DNA of 64,000 nucleotides from contig NZ_CP134949.1 in NCBI RefSeq assembly GCF_032116555.1, positions 3,100,001 to 3,164,000 of the forward strand. The letters are read 5' to 3'. Numbering within the stretch: the stretch's first letter is position 1; each line of letters begins with the position of its first letter. Below are positions 20,573 through 30,388 of this stretch, piece after piece. This stretch comes from Halorarum halobium (GTDB lineage Archaea; Halobacteriota; Halobacteria; Halobacteriales; Haloferacaceae). Both the position numbers and the translations under genes were made by a program. The notes below the pieces were generated by a model that saw nothing but the letters and a program-made list of their open reading frames with translations, was not told the DNA's origin and did not search any database.

Positions 20573-20791
20573 TCACTCTCCACCGTCACCGAGTTCCGAA
20601 ACGTCCCGCTCGGAAACCTCCTCGTCCTCGGGCAACCGATCGATGCAGTCGTAACAGAGGAAGTGCTCGGTCCCGTCCGCGAGTTCGAGCGTCAGGCCGT
20701 CCGTGCTCCCCGTCTCGAACGACCACAGGTCGCCGATGCCGCCGCCGACCCGCACCCGCCGGCCGCAGCCGTCACAGGCCTGTTTCGCCAT
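20573..20791 (-). CDS. Small zinc-finger (CxxC...CxxC) protein
   Basis: ACDGCG ... FLCYDC in a 72-aa acidic ORF. Confidence 0.82.
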   Translation of the reverse strand: MAKQACDGCGRRVRVGGGIGDLWSFETGSTDGLTLELADGTEHFLCYDCIDRLPEDEEVSERDVSELGDGGE

Positions 20792-20866
20792 ACTCCCTCT
20801 CGGGGCAGGGGGTACAAAAACGCCCGGCCAAGGTTCTTACTCGCCGGGAGCCAACTCGTCGGGGAC

Positions 20867-21823
20867 GTGGAGCTGAACTGCGAGGGCTGTGCGGGCTGCT
20901 GTCTCGACTGGCGGCCGCTGGGGGGCGTTCACGCGAGCGACGCGAGTGTGAACTCGGGGGATTCGTCCCCCGTAGTGCCGGACCACGAGCGTCGCGGCCG
21001 CTACCGCGCGCTGGACGCCACCTACAACCTCGTGCCGCTCACCCGCGACGAGGTCCGGGCGTTCCTCGATTCGGGCTACGGCGACGTGCTCGTCCCGCGA
21101 CTGTTCGAGTCGTTCGCGGACGACCCCGGGCGCGCGGTCACCGTCGACGGCCACGAGGTCGCGGCGATGGGCGAGCGACCGCTGTTCCTCGTGGGGCTCC
21201 GCAAACACCCCAAGCCCGTCGCGCCGTTCGGTCACGACCCCGTCTGGCTCGACGCCTGCGCCTTCCTCGATCCGGAGACGCTCCAGTGTCGCGTCCACGG
21301 CGACGACCTGTACCCGGAGACCTGCGGCACCTACCCGGGTCGGAACCTCGACCTCGACCGGGAGACCGAGTGCGAGCGCGTCGAGGCCGCCCACGGCGAC
21401 CCCGGCGAGCGCCTGCAGGACCGGTCGGTGCCCGAGGACCTCCCGCCGCCCGCCTTCGGCCCGCAGGCGCTCGGCTCGACCGTGTTCGCCTACCCCGAGC
21501 CGGACGACCTCCGGGGCGTCGTCGCCCGCCTCGAGGCCGGCGAGTCGACACGCGAGGACCGCGCGCTGTTCGTCGGCGCGGCCGCGGGCTCGGCGCCGGG
21601 GATGGCCGAGGTGAACGAGGACCGGGCCGAGGAAGCCAGGGAACTGGCCCGCGACGCGGATTCGTGGGTCGGCCGCGCCGCGAGCGAGTGGGCCGCGGCG
21701 GCGGAGTCGGCGGGCGGTCCCGGCGCTTCCGCCGAGGACGCCCCCGACCCGTACCGCGTCGAGGAGGACCGCGGCGCGCCGCCGACCCCGGGCTGGGACG
21801 CGCTGTACGGGGACGGCTCCTGA
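20867..21823 (+). CDS. YkgJ-type cysteine-cluster (CxxCxxCC) protein
   Basis: NCEGCAGCC, CAFLDPETLQCRVH, PETCGTYP; GTG start at 20867. Confidence 0.85.
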   Translation: MELNCEGCAGCCLDWRPLGGVHASDASVNSGDSSPVVPDHERRGRYRALDATYNLVPLTRDEVRAFLDSGYGDVLVPRLFESFADDPGRAVTVDGHEVAAMGERPLFLVGLRKHPKPVAPFGHDPVWLDACAFLDPETLQCRVHGDDLYPETCGTYPGRNLDLDRETECERVEAAHGDPGERLQDRSVPEDLPPPAFGPQALGSTVFAYPEPDDLRGVVARLEAGESTREDRALFVGAAAGSAPGMAEVNEDRAEEARELARDADSWVGRAASEWAAAAESAGGPGASAEDAPDPYRVEEDRGAPPTPGWDALYGDGS

Positions 21824-21909
21824 CGCGAACGACGCCTCCCCGACGCCCCGAGTATCAACCGAGCACGCGGAGGCACCATAATTAATTCCGGGGGTCGCGT
21901 GAACCTGGT

Positions 21910-22899
21910 ATGCGCGTCCTCGTCACCGGCGCGACCGGCTTCGTCGGGAGCCGGCTCGTGCCCCAACTCCTCGCGGCGGGCCACGACGTCACCGTGCTCG
22001 TCCGCGACGCCGACGCCTACGAGGCCCCCGACGGCGTCAGGGTCCTGGAAGGCGACCTGCTCGAACCCGGCTCGTTCCGCCTCGTGGCCGGTGCGGGCGA
22101 GACGCCGGGTCAGCCGCTCGACCGGCTGCTCGAGGCGCTCGACGTCGAGGCGGCCTACTACCTCGTTCACTCGATGCGCGCCGGCGAGGACTTCGCCGAG
22201 CGCGACCGGACCGCGGCGGGCACGTTCGCCGAGGCGGCCGGGGCGGCAGGCGTCGACCGCGTCGTCTACCTCGGTGGCCTCGGCGAGGCGGGCGAGGAGG
22301 GCGATCTCTCCGAGCACCTCGCCTCCCGGCGCGAGGTCGAGGCCGTGCTCGCCGGGGGCGAGTACGACCTCACGACGCTGCGCGCGGGGCTCGTCGTCGG
22401 CGACGGCGGCGCGAGCTTCGAGATGGTCCGCCAGCTCGCAGAGCGGCTCCCGGTCATGATCACGCCGCGCTGGGTGCGCACGGAGTGCCAGCCCATCGCC
22501 GTCGCCGACGTCGTCGCCTACCTCGTCGGCGTCCTCGACGCGCCAGCGACCGCCGGAGGGACGTTCGAAATCGGCGGCCCGGAGGTGCTCACCTACGGGG
22601 AACTGCTCGGCCGGACGCGGCGCGAACTCGGCGGCCGGCTCCTCGTGGTTCCCGTCCCGGTGCTCTCGCCGGGGCTCTCGTCCCGCTGGGTCACGCTCGT
22701 CACCGACGTCGAGCCGTCGGTCGTCAGACCGCTCGTCGCCGGACTCGCCACGCCGATGGTCGTCGGCGACGACGCCATCCGCGAGCACGTCCCGGTGACG
22801 CTGACGCCGCTGGAGGAGGCGATCAGGACGGCGATCGGCGGGGACGGGACCCCGGACGCGGACGGGACGGAAACCCCCGCGGCCACGGCGGGGGACTGA
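21910..22899 (+). CDS. NAD(P)-binding atypical SDR (YbjT-like epimerase/dehydratase family)
   Basis: MRVLVTGATGFVG, AYYLVHSM, VVYLGGLG, HLASRREVE, CQPIAVADV. Confidence 0.88.
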   Translation: MRVLVTGATGFVGSRLVPQLLAAGHDVTVLVRDADAYEAPDGVRVLEGDLLEPGSFRLVAGAGETPGQPLDRLLEALDVEAAYYLVHSMRAGEDFAERDRTAAGTFAEAAGAAGVDRVVYLGGLGEAGEEGDLSEHLASRREVEAVLAGGEYDLTTLRAGLVVGDGGASFEMVRQLAERLPVMITPRWVRTECQPIAVADVVAYLVGVLDAPATAGGTFEIGGPEVLTYGELLGRTRRELGGRLLVVPVPVLSPGLSSRWVTLVTDVEPSVVRPLVAGLATPMVVGDDAIREHVPVTLTPLEEAIRTAIGGDGTPDADGTETPAATAGD

Positions 22900-22902
22900 G
22901 CG

Positions 22903-23676
22903 GTGGACGGGCGCTCCGAGCCCGGATCGGGCGCGGACGCCGAGGGGGCGGAGTCCGCGAACGAGCCGGAGCGGCTGCCGCCCGCCTCGCCGGCGTACGG
23001 TGACGCCTGGACCTACGAGAGCATCGTCGGCGCGGTGCCCGGCACGGACCTCTCGACCGCGGCGGCCGTGACGATCCAGGTCGTGTCCTTCGAGGCGGCC
23101 GTGCTCGCGCTCGCGGCGGCGTACGGGCTCCCGGACGCGGCCGTCGCCGGCACCGTCGCCGTCGCCGTCGCGGGGGTCGGCAGCGTGCTGATGACCCGGA
23201 TCGCGTCCGCGAACCGGATCCTCTCCGCGCCGACGCGGTACTACCGGCTGCTGTTCGGTTCCAGCATCGAGGTGGTGCTCGGGGTCGTCGCGTTCTGCGC
23301 GCTCGTCACCTACCTGTTCGTGGTCGAACCGGCGTCCTCGTCGCTCCTGACGGAGCTGTTCGGCCCCGAGCCGCCCGTGCCGGCCGTGTTCCTCGCGCTG
23401 CTGGTGCTGTGGGACCTCTGTTACCGCATCGGCACCTCCTGGTGGACGGCGGTCGTCTCGCTCGTCCGCGAGGTCCGGTTCGGCCCGACCGGGGAGACGG
23501 CAGCCGCGTTCCGGCGGCTCGACCGGACGAACGTCGTCTTCGCGCTCTGTCAGCTCGCGCTGGTGCCGTTCGTCGCGGACCGCCCGGTCCTGGTTGCGGC
23601 TATCGGCGGCCACGTCCTCGCAGTAACAGCCGTCTCAGCCGTCGCGGTGGGCCTCTCGACGCGTCGGTGTCGGTGA
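22903..23676 (+). CDS. Conserved multi-TM membrane protein
   Basis: About six hydrophobic helices; WTYESIVGAVPG and WDLCYRIG; starts 3 nt after the previous gene. Confidence 0.8.
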   Translation: MDGRSEPGSGADAEGAESANEPERLPPASPAYGDAWTYESIVGAVPGTDLSTAAAVTIQVVSFEAAVLALAAAYGLPDAAVAGTVAVAVAGVGSVLMTRIASANRILSAPTRYYRLLFGSSIEVVLGVVAFCALVTYLFVVEPASSSLLTELFGPEPPVPAVFLALLVLWDLCYRIGTSWWTAVVSLVREVRFGPTGETAAAFRRLDRTNVVFALCQLALVPFVADRPVLVAAIGGHVLAVTAVSAVAVGLSTRRCR

Positions 23677-23677
23677 G

Positions 23678-23848
23678 CTACTCACCCTTCATTCGCTGGA
23701 ACTGATCGAGGAGCGCCTCCGCGGACTCGCCGGAGTCGTAGGAGAGTTCGCCGCGGTACTCGCTGCGTTCCTCCGCGAACTCGGTGTCCACTTGCGCTTT
23801 CTGCTCGCGCCGTTCGTGTTCGTCCTCGTCGTAAGCACCCATCGACAT
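23678..23848 (-). CDS. Small acidic hypothetical protein (56 aa)
   Basis: Manual translation: MSMGAYDEDEHERREQKAQVDTEFAEERSEYRGELSYDSGESAEALLDQFQRMKGE*. Missed by the ORF track. Confidence 0.8.
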   Translation of the reverse strand: MSMGAYDEDEHERREQKAQVDTEFAEERSEYRGELSYDSGESAEALLDQFQRMKGE

Positions 23849-23966
23849 GGTACGCCATCACTTGGCAAACGGTACTTATGAATGTAACGGTCCTTCACGT
23901 CCGGTCGGAGCGTGGGTCCTCCCGCGATGCGGAGGGTTGAAACCCGGTGCGGGCCGAGGTAAGAGC

Positions 23967-25007
23967 GTGGCTCGCCCCCTTCGCTTCCGGTACGCCCCCG
24001 GCTCCTGGTCGCGCTCGCGCGTCGAGTCGGACGTGTACCGGCCGCTCGACTCCAACCTCGGGGCGACGATGGACGACCCGTGGTTCAAACCGCCGGACGG
24101 CTACGAGGCCGTCCGGCTCGACATGGACGACGGGAGCCTCGCGCTGTTCTGCTGGACCGACGACGAGGGGCCCGACGGGCTGAACGGCGGCGGTCCCGCG
24201 GGCTACTGGCTCGGCAACACGGAGACGCCCTCCTCGCTGTGGCGCACCGACAAGTACGCCTTCGAGGCCGCGCCGTACCCGGTGCGTCGCTGGGCCGAGC
24301 GCGAACTCCTGGCCGGCCTCCACGACGAGGAGCCGTGGCTCGCGGACTACCCGCACGTCTCGTGGTACTTTCTCACCGTCTTCTGTTCGAAGGACGGCGC
24401 GGGGACGACCCGGGAGTTCTTCCGCGAGCACGCCGCCGGCTTCCCCGACGCGACCCGCGAGGCGGCGCTCGACTTCTACGAGGAGTTCCTCGACACCGGC
24501 GTCCTCGATCCGTACCGCGAGGAGATGGCGAGCAAGCTCGGCACCTCCGAGTACTTCGACGAGACGCGGATGACCGCGACGATGGGCGAGTTCGACGTGG
24601 CGCGCCTGCTGACGCTCGCGGACTACGAGATCGTGCCCGAGATCGAGGTGACGACCGACCACGTCATCGACTACCGCGTCGAGCGCGGGGACGGCACCTC
24701 GACGCTCGTGGAGGTGACCCGGCCGGTCGCGCTGAACCGCCGGAGCGCGAACAATCCGCTCACCGCCATCCGCGACACCGTCCAGACGAAGACCTCCGGG
24801 CAACTGGAGGAACACGGCGGCGGCGTCACCCTGTTCGTGGACTGCTCGTCGTTCCGCGACGACGCCTGGGCGGCGCTCCGGGGCGAGCAACCCGACGTGG
24901 GCCACCGCCCGGCGGTCGTCTTCCGGAGCCGACCCGACGGCCGGACCGAGGCCTACAGCAGGGGAAGCGTTCCGCTGGAACTGGACGACGCTGTCGAGTG
25001 GGTGTGA
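23967..25007 (+). CDS. Conserved haloarchaeal hypothetical protein with a possible nuclease-like C-terminal domain
   Basis: GTG start at 23967 (MARPLRFRY); acidic 346-aa ORF containing E..VA...IDYRV...LVEVTRP. Confidence 0.8.
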   Translation: MARPLRFRYAPGSWSRSRVESDVYRPLDSNLGATMDDPWFKPPDGYEAVRLDMDDGSLALFCWTDDEGPDGLNGGGPAGYWLGNTETPSSLWRTDKYAFEAAPYPVRRWAERELLAGLHDEEPWLADYPHVSWYFLTVFCSKDGAGTTREFFREHAAGFPDATREAALDFYEEFLDTGVLDPYREEMASKLGTSEYFDETRMTATMGEFDVARLLTLADYEIVPEIEVTTDHVIDYRVERGDGTSTLVEVTRPVALNRRSANNPLTAIRDTVQTKTSGQLEEHGGGVTLFVDCSSFRDDAWAALRGEQPDVGHRPAVVFRSRPDGRTEAYSRGSVPLELDDAVEWV

Positions 25008-25082
25008 CGGCTCGTCAAGAAAACCGGTTCGCGGGGGGCAGGCGGCGTGGCAGACGTCGCCCCGGCCCCGACGCCGCGGATG

Positions 25083-25367
25083 CTAGAACGACAGCGGGGT
25101 CGGGCCGTCCTCGCCGACGGTCGGCGCGTCGCGGTCGCTGTAGTAGCGGCGGCCGACCGCCTCGTGGCCGACGCCCGACTGGAGCGCCTCGTACGCCTCG
25201 CCGGCCGAGGCGAACGTCTCCGCACCCATCCGGCCGAGTACCGTGCCGAGCGACTCCGAACCGTCCTGGAGTTCGATCCGGGTCTCTCCGTACGCGTCGA
25301 TGAGTTCGCCGCTCGTCGCTGGGTACTCGTGTGCTGACAGGAGTTCTCCGGTGCCGTTCAGGCGCAT
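25083..25367 (-). CDS. Small conserved hypothetical protein (94 aa)
   Basis: HEYPATSGELIDAYG...AVGRRYYSDRD; acidic, with typical codon use. Confidence 0.8.
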   Translation of the reverse strand: MRLNGTGELLSAHEYPATSGELIDAYGETRIELQDGSESLGTVLGRMGAETFASAGEAYEALQSGVGHEAVGRRYYSDRDAPTVGEDGPTPLSF

Positions 25368-25556
25368 CGTGTGAACGAATCGTCGGGGCGAATATAACGA
25401 TTGTCCATGTACGACCTTCGAGTGGTCGGTAGTCCTTAATGGTCCTTAATCCAGGCCGAGTGACATCCGCCGTCGATGTCGGAGCCGCCGACCCCCACGG
25501 GGCGACCATCGCACGACCATCGGAAGCGCTTTTCGCCGGGGGAGACACCGCCCGGT

Positions 25557-26351
25557 ATGGTCGTCGCGGACCTCCACGCCCACACGACGGCGTCCGACGG
25601 GACGATGACGCTCGAGACGCTTCCCCGCGTCGCCGACGAGGCGGGCGTCGAGGTCGTCGCCGTCACCGACCACGATCGGTTCCACCCGGGGCTGGATGCG
25701 CCCGCCTCGGAGCTGGACGGCGTGACGGTGGTCCGCGGCATCGAACTCCGCGTCGACGCCGGCTTCGAGGAACTCGACCTGCTGGGCTACGGCCTCGTCG
25801 AGACCGATGACCTCCGCGCCGAGTGCGAGCGCCTCCAGCGAAACCGGGTCGAACGCGGCCGGGAGATCGTCGAGCGCGTCGAGGCGGAGACCGGGGCGGA
25901 ACTCGGGATCGAACCCCGCGAGGGGCTCGGCCGGCCCCACATCGCCCGTGCGATCGCCGAGAGCGACGCGGGCTACGACTACGAGGGCGCGTTCGAGCAC
26001 CTCATCGGCGACGACGGGCCCTGCTACGTCGGCCGCGACGTGACGTCGTTCGACCGCGGCGTCGACCTGCTCTCGGACGCCTGCCCCGTCGTCGGCCTCG
26101 CGCACCCGTTCCGGTACGAGGACCCCGAGGCGGCGCTGGCGCTGTGTGAACATCTCGACGCAGTCGAGCGGTTCTACCCCTACGGCGACCGCGGCGAGGA
26201 CGACCCCGAGCGCGTCGAGGCGGTCGCCGCGGAGCACGACCTGCTGCTCACCGGCGGCTCGGACGCGCACGGCGAGGAGATCGGCCTCGCCGGCCTCGAC
26301 GGGGACGGCTGGGAGCGGGTTCGGGCGCGACTCGGCGAGCCCCGGACGTAA
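25557..26351 (+). CDS. PHP-domain metal-dependent phosphoesterase
   Basis: DLHAHTTASDG, AVTDHD, GIEL, GRPHIA, LAHP, TGGSDAH. Confidence 0.93.
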   Translation: MVVADLHAHTTASDGTMTLETLPRVADEAGVEVVAVTDHDRFHPGLDAPASELDGVTVVRGIELRVDAGFEELDLLGYGLVETDDLRAECERLQRNRVERGREIVERVEAETGAELGIEPREGLGRPHIARAIAESDAGYDYEGAFEHLIGDDGPCYVGRDVTSFDRGVDLLSDACPVVGLAHPFRYEDPEAALALCEHLDAVERFYPYGDRGEDDPERVEAVAAEHDLLLTGGSDAHGEEIGLAGLDGDGWERVRARLGEPRT

Positions 26352-26402
26352 GCGGGTTCCGGAAACGCGGGCTTAACTACGATGGCGCCCCAGAGGTCGA
26401 GT

Positions 26403-26573
26403 ATGCAGTGTCACTACTGCGAGCGCGAGGCCGCCTACGCCGCCGAGCAGGACGGACTGCGGGTCGGCCTCTGCGAGCGACACTTCCGCGAGCGCGTCGA
26501 GGAGCTCGCCGAGAGCGAGGGGCTCGAATCGCTCCGCGAGCGGGTCGACGTGACCCAGACCGAGGGGGAGTGA
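26403..26573 (+). CDS. Small zinc-finger protein (56 aa)
   Basis: MQCHYC...GLCERHF; TTAACT box ~25 nt upstream. Confidence 0.8.
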   Translation: MQCHYCEREAAYAAEQDGLRVGLCERHFRERVEELAESEGLESLRERVDVTQTEGE

Positions 26574-26654
26574 GCGGTCGGTCCCCGCGAGCGCCCCGCC
26601 CTCCGTTCGCCCGGCGTCCGCGGCTCGTTCCCGCCCGTGGTCCGCCCGCCGGTC

Positions 26655-27206
26655 TCAGTCGGCCCGGCCCTCCCGATTCGCCCGCCACTCACGAGCCAGC
26701 AGGCCGTAGCGCAGCGTGTCGCGCCGCTCGCCGCCCCAGACGTTGGCCTCGCGGAGGCGACCCTCCTCGAGGAACCCCAGCTTTTCGAGCACGTTCGCCG
26801 AGGCGTCGTTCCCCTCGTACACCCGCGCCGAGAGCCGGTGGAGCGCGCGCTCGTCGAACGCGTGTTCACACAGCAGGTCGGCCGCCTCCGTGGCGTAGCC
26901 GTCGCCCCACGCCTCGGGTGCGAGCCAGTAGCCGAGTTCGGCGACGCCCGACCGCGGCTCCTCCCGGAACAGGAACGCCAGGCCGACCGGGTCGCCCTCG
27001 GCGCAGATCAGCAGCGTGAGGCCGTCCTCGCCGCGGACGACCTCCTCGCGGTACGCGGCGACGTCCGCGGCGGTCTTCGGTTCGACCTCGCCGAGCGGTC
27101 GCCGGACGGTCGGGTCGTTTCGATGCCGCCGGAGGAACTCGTCGTCCCCGGCTTCGACGGTCCGGAGGGAGACGCGGTCGCCCGGTTTGAACACGGAGCC
27201 TGGCAC
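26655..27206 (-). CDS. GNAT N-acetyltransferase (RimJ/RimL type)
   Basis: ELGYWLAPEAWGDGYATEA, NDASANVLEKLGFLEEGRLRE. Confidence 0.92.
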   Translation of the reverse strand: MPGSVFKPGDRVSLRTVEAGDDEFLRRHRNDPTVRRPLGEVEPKTAADVAAYREEVVRGEDGLTLLICAEGDPVGLAFLFREEPRSGVAELGYWLAPEAWGDGYATEAADLLCEHAFDERALHRLSARVYEGNDASANVLEKLGFLEEGRLREANVWGGERRDTLRYGLLAREWRANREGRAD

Positions 27207-27323
27207 GAGCGTGGACGCTCACGCGACGGGCAAAACGGTCACGGTCGCTGGGCGTTGCGCGGGGCGGCCCGGGCGGCCCGGGCGGTCCGCAGGGGTAGCG
27301 CGGTCACCGGGCCGGACGGCGCG

Positions 27324-27854
27324 CTACCACAGCAGGTCGACGCCGAACACGTACAGTCCCGCCAGCGCGGCCTCGAAACAGAGCGTCCCGACCGCCGAGA
27401 GCGCGACGAACGTCCGGTCGTCCATCTCGGCGAGGCCGGCGGGGACGGTGAGCATCCCGCGCGTGAACAGCAGCGAGTTCGAGACGGGGACGACGACCGG
27501 GCCCCAGCGGTCGAACCAGCCGTCGAAGCGGTCGAGGCTGTCCTCGCTGATCCGGAACCAGCGCTTCTGCAGGAGCCACTCGCGGCCGCCCCGTTCCGCG
27601 AGTTTGAACAGCGCGAACTGGCCGATCGTCGCGCCGAGCACGGCGACGGCGAGGATCGCGGCGATGCGGTCGGCCGAGTGGCCGAGCAGGACGAGCGATC
27701 CGGGGACGACCAGTTCGCTCGGGACGAAGTACATCAGCATTGCACCCTCGAGCACGAACACGCCGAAGAGGACGACGTAGGCCCACTCCGAGGTGAGCAG
27801 TCCCTCCAGCCACGGGGGGAACTGGCCGGCGATGTTCTGGAGGGGAACGGTCAC
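27324..27854 (-). CDS. DedA/VTT-family membrane protein
   Basis: LEGAMLMYFVPSELVV, GATIGQ, FDRWG, TVPAGLAEM. Confidence 0.88.
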   Translation of the reverse strand: MTVPLQNIAGQFPPWLEGLLTSEWAYVVLFGVFVLEGAMLMYFVPSELVVPGSLVLLGHSADRIAAILAVAVLGATIGQFALFKLAERGGREWLLQKRWFRISEDSLDRFDGWFDRWGPVVVPVSNSLLFTRGMLTVPAGLAEMDDRTFVALSAVGTLCFEAALAGLYVFGVDLLW

Positions 27855-28115
27855 GACCGCGGGTTACACACCGGTCGCTAAATGGCTTGTGTCACGCCGT
27901 CGGCCGGGGGTCCCGGGACGTCGCTGCGTCGAGACGGCCTCTCGGATGCGCGCGGACGGGCGCGACGCCGCCGAGCGGACGGAGCCGCCGCCGGTCCTGT
28001 CAGCTTTTCGCCGACAGGAACGGATTATTCGACGGCCGAGAAAACCGCAAGCAAGCAGATACAATCGCACGGTGAGGTAGGTTTATCACGGTCGATTCCG
28101 ACGGTTTCCGTGAGT

Positions 28116-30113
28116 ATGTCAGACGATGACGTTCAACTGGAGGCCCGGCTCGAGGAACAGGAGGAGTTCGAGCCGCCGGCGGCGTTCGTCGAGCAGGCGA
28201 ACGTCTCCGACCCTGGCATCTACGACGAGTTCGAGGAGAACTGGCCGGAGTGCTGGGAGGGAGCTGCGGACCTGCTCGACTGGGAGGCCGGCTACGACCA
28301 GGTGCTCGACGACTCGAACCCGCCGTTCTACGAGTGGTTCACGGACGGCACGCTGAACGCCTCGACGAACTGTCTCGACCGGCACCTCGCGGAGCGGGGC
28401 GACGAGGCCGCCATCGAGTGGATCGGCGAGCCGACCGACGAGGCGAACCGGACGTTCACCTACGAGGAACTCCACCGCGAGGTGAACGAGTTCGCGGCCG
28501 CGCTGCGCGAGATGGGCGTCGGCCAGGACGACATCGTGACGATGTACATGCCGATGGTGCCCGAACTGCCCATCGCCATGCTGGCGTGTGCCCGCATCGG
28601 CGCGCCCCACTCGGTCGTCTTCGCCGGCTTCTCCGCGGAGGCGCTCGCGACCAGAATGGACGCCGCCGACTCCGAGCATCTCGTCACCTGCGACGGCTAC
28701 TACCGCCGCGGCGACCCGCTCGACCACCTCGAGAAGGCCAACGAGGGGCTCTCGATGGTCGAGGGGACCGTCTCGGACGTGGTCGTCGTCGACCGGCTCG
28801 GCCCGAACGGCGACGACTTCGGCCACGATCTGGCCGACAACCAGCACGACTACGACGCCCTGGTGGACGAACAGTCCGGCGCGACCGTCGATCCGGTCGA
28901 CCGCGACGCCGAGGACATGCTGTTCCTCATGTACACCTCGGGCACGACCGGCCAGCCGAAGGGGGTGAAACACACCACCGCCGGCTACCTCGCCTGGGCC
29001 GCCTGGACCTCCCAGTCGGTCCTCGACGTGAAGCCGGACGACACGTACTTCTGTGCGGCCGACATCGGCTGGATCACCGGCCACTCGTACATCGTGTACG
29101 GGCCGCTCGCGCTCGGCACGACGACGATGATGTACGAGGGGACGCCCGACTACCCCGAGCGCGACCGCCTCTGGGAGATCGTCGACGAGTACGACGCGAA
29201 CCAGCTCTACACCGCGCCGACCGCCATCCGCGCGTTCATGAAGTGGGGCTCGGAGTTCCCCGAGCGGCACGACCTCTCCAGCCTCCGCCTGCTCGGCACC
29301 GTCGGCGAGCCGATCAACCCCCGGGCGTGGAAGTGGTACTACAAGCACATCGGCGACGAGTCCTGCCCGGTCGTCGACACGTGGTGGCAGACCGAGACCG
29401 GCGGCATGATGGTCACGACCCTCCCCGGCGTGAAGAACATGAAACCCGGCTCCGCGGGCCCGCCGCTGCCCGGCGTCGACGCAGAGATCGTGGACACGAA
29501 CGGCGACCAGGTCGACGCGGGACGCGCGGGCTATCTCACCGTCCAGAAGCCGTGGCCCGGGATGCTCCGGACGCTGTACGACAACGACGAGCGCTTCATC
29601 GAGGAGTACTGGGCCGAGTACTCCGACGTCGACTCCGAGGACCCGGACGACTGGGTGTACTTCCCCGAGGACGGCGCGAAGATCGACGACGACGGCTACA
29701 TCACGGTGCTGGGCCGCGTCGACGACGTCATCAACGTCTCGGGTCACCGCCTGGGAACGATGGAGATCGAATCCGCCATCGTCGGCGTCGAGGGCGCCGC
29801 CGAAGCCGCGGTCGTCGGCGGCAACCACCCGGTGAAGGGCGAGGCGGTCTACGCCTACGTCATCCTCGAGGACGGCTACGAGGGCACCGGCGAGATGCGC
29901 GACCGCATCGTCGCGGGCGTCGAGGACGCCATCGGCCCCATCGCGCGCCCCGAGGAGGTCGTGTTCACCTCCGAACTCCCGAAGACCCGCTCCGGGAAGA
30001 TCATGCGCCGCCTGCTGGAGGACATCGCCAACGAGGACGAACTCGGCGACACGTCGACGCTGCGGAACCCGGACATCGTGGAGGACATCCGGGTGAAGGT
30101 GCAGGAGGAGTAG
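28116..30113 (+). CDS. acs: Acetyl-CoA synthetase (AMP-forming)
   Basis: YTSGTTGQPKG, VGEPINP, DTWWQTETGG, SGHRLGTMEIES, LPKTRSGKIMRR. Confidence 0.96.
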   Translation: MSDDDVQLEARLEEQEEFEPPAAFVEQANVSDPGIYDEFEENWPECWEGAADLLDWEAGYDQVLDDSNPPFYEWFTDGTLNASTNCLDRHLAERGDEAAIEWIGEPTDEANRTFTYEELHREVNEFAAALREMGVGQDDIVTMYMPMVPELPIAMLACARIGAPHSVVFAGFSAEALATRMDAADSEHLVTCDGYYRRGDPLDHLEKANEGLSMVEGTVSDVVVVDRLGPNGDDFGHDLADNQHDYDALVDEQSGATVDPVDRDAEDMLFLMYTSGTTGQPKGVKHTTAGYLAWAAWTSQSVLDVKPDDTYFCAADIGWITGHSYIVYGPLALGTTTMMYEGTPDYPERDRLWEIVDEYDANQLYTAPTAIRAFMKWGSEFPERHDLSSLRLLGTVGEPINPRAWKWYYKHIGDESCPVVDTWWQTETGGMMVTTLPGVKNMKPGSAGPPLPGVDAEIVDTNGDQVDAGRAGYLTVQKPWPGMLRTLYDNDERFIEEYWAEYSDVDSEDPDDWVYFPEDGAKIDDDGYITVLGRVDDVINVSGHRLGTMEIESAIVGVEGAAEAAVVGGNHPVKGEAVYAYVILEDGYEGTGEMRDRIVAGVEDAIGPIARPEEVVFTSELPKTRSGKIMRRLLEDIANEDELGDTSTLRNPDIVEDIRVKVQEE

Positions 30114-30388
30114 GCAGCGACTCCCGGACTTTTTCAGGCAGAACGCGCCAGACTGCCCGGTGACATCGACGGTGTTCGTCCCCCGATTCACGAACTTACG
30201 GATTTACGAGGGGTAAGGGGCGAGTCCATCCTGCCGTCGCGGCGAAATCCGCCAGCGAGGTGAAACGATTTCTCGTCGAGTGAGGACTGATTCCGGCGGC
30301 GATGCGTTCCAAACTTTTCCTCACCCCTCGTCAGGTGTTACCAATCCCGCAACGATTATCACGAACGTCCCGGAAGTTCGCGGCAGGC

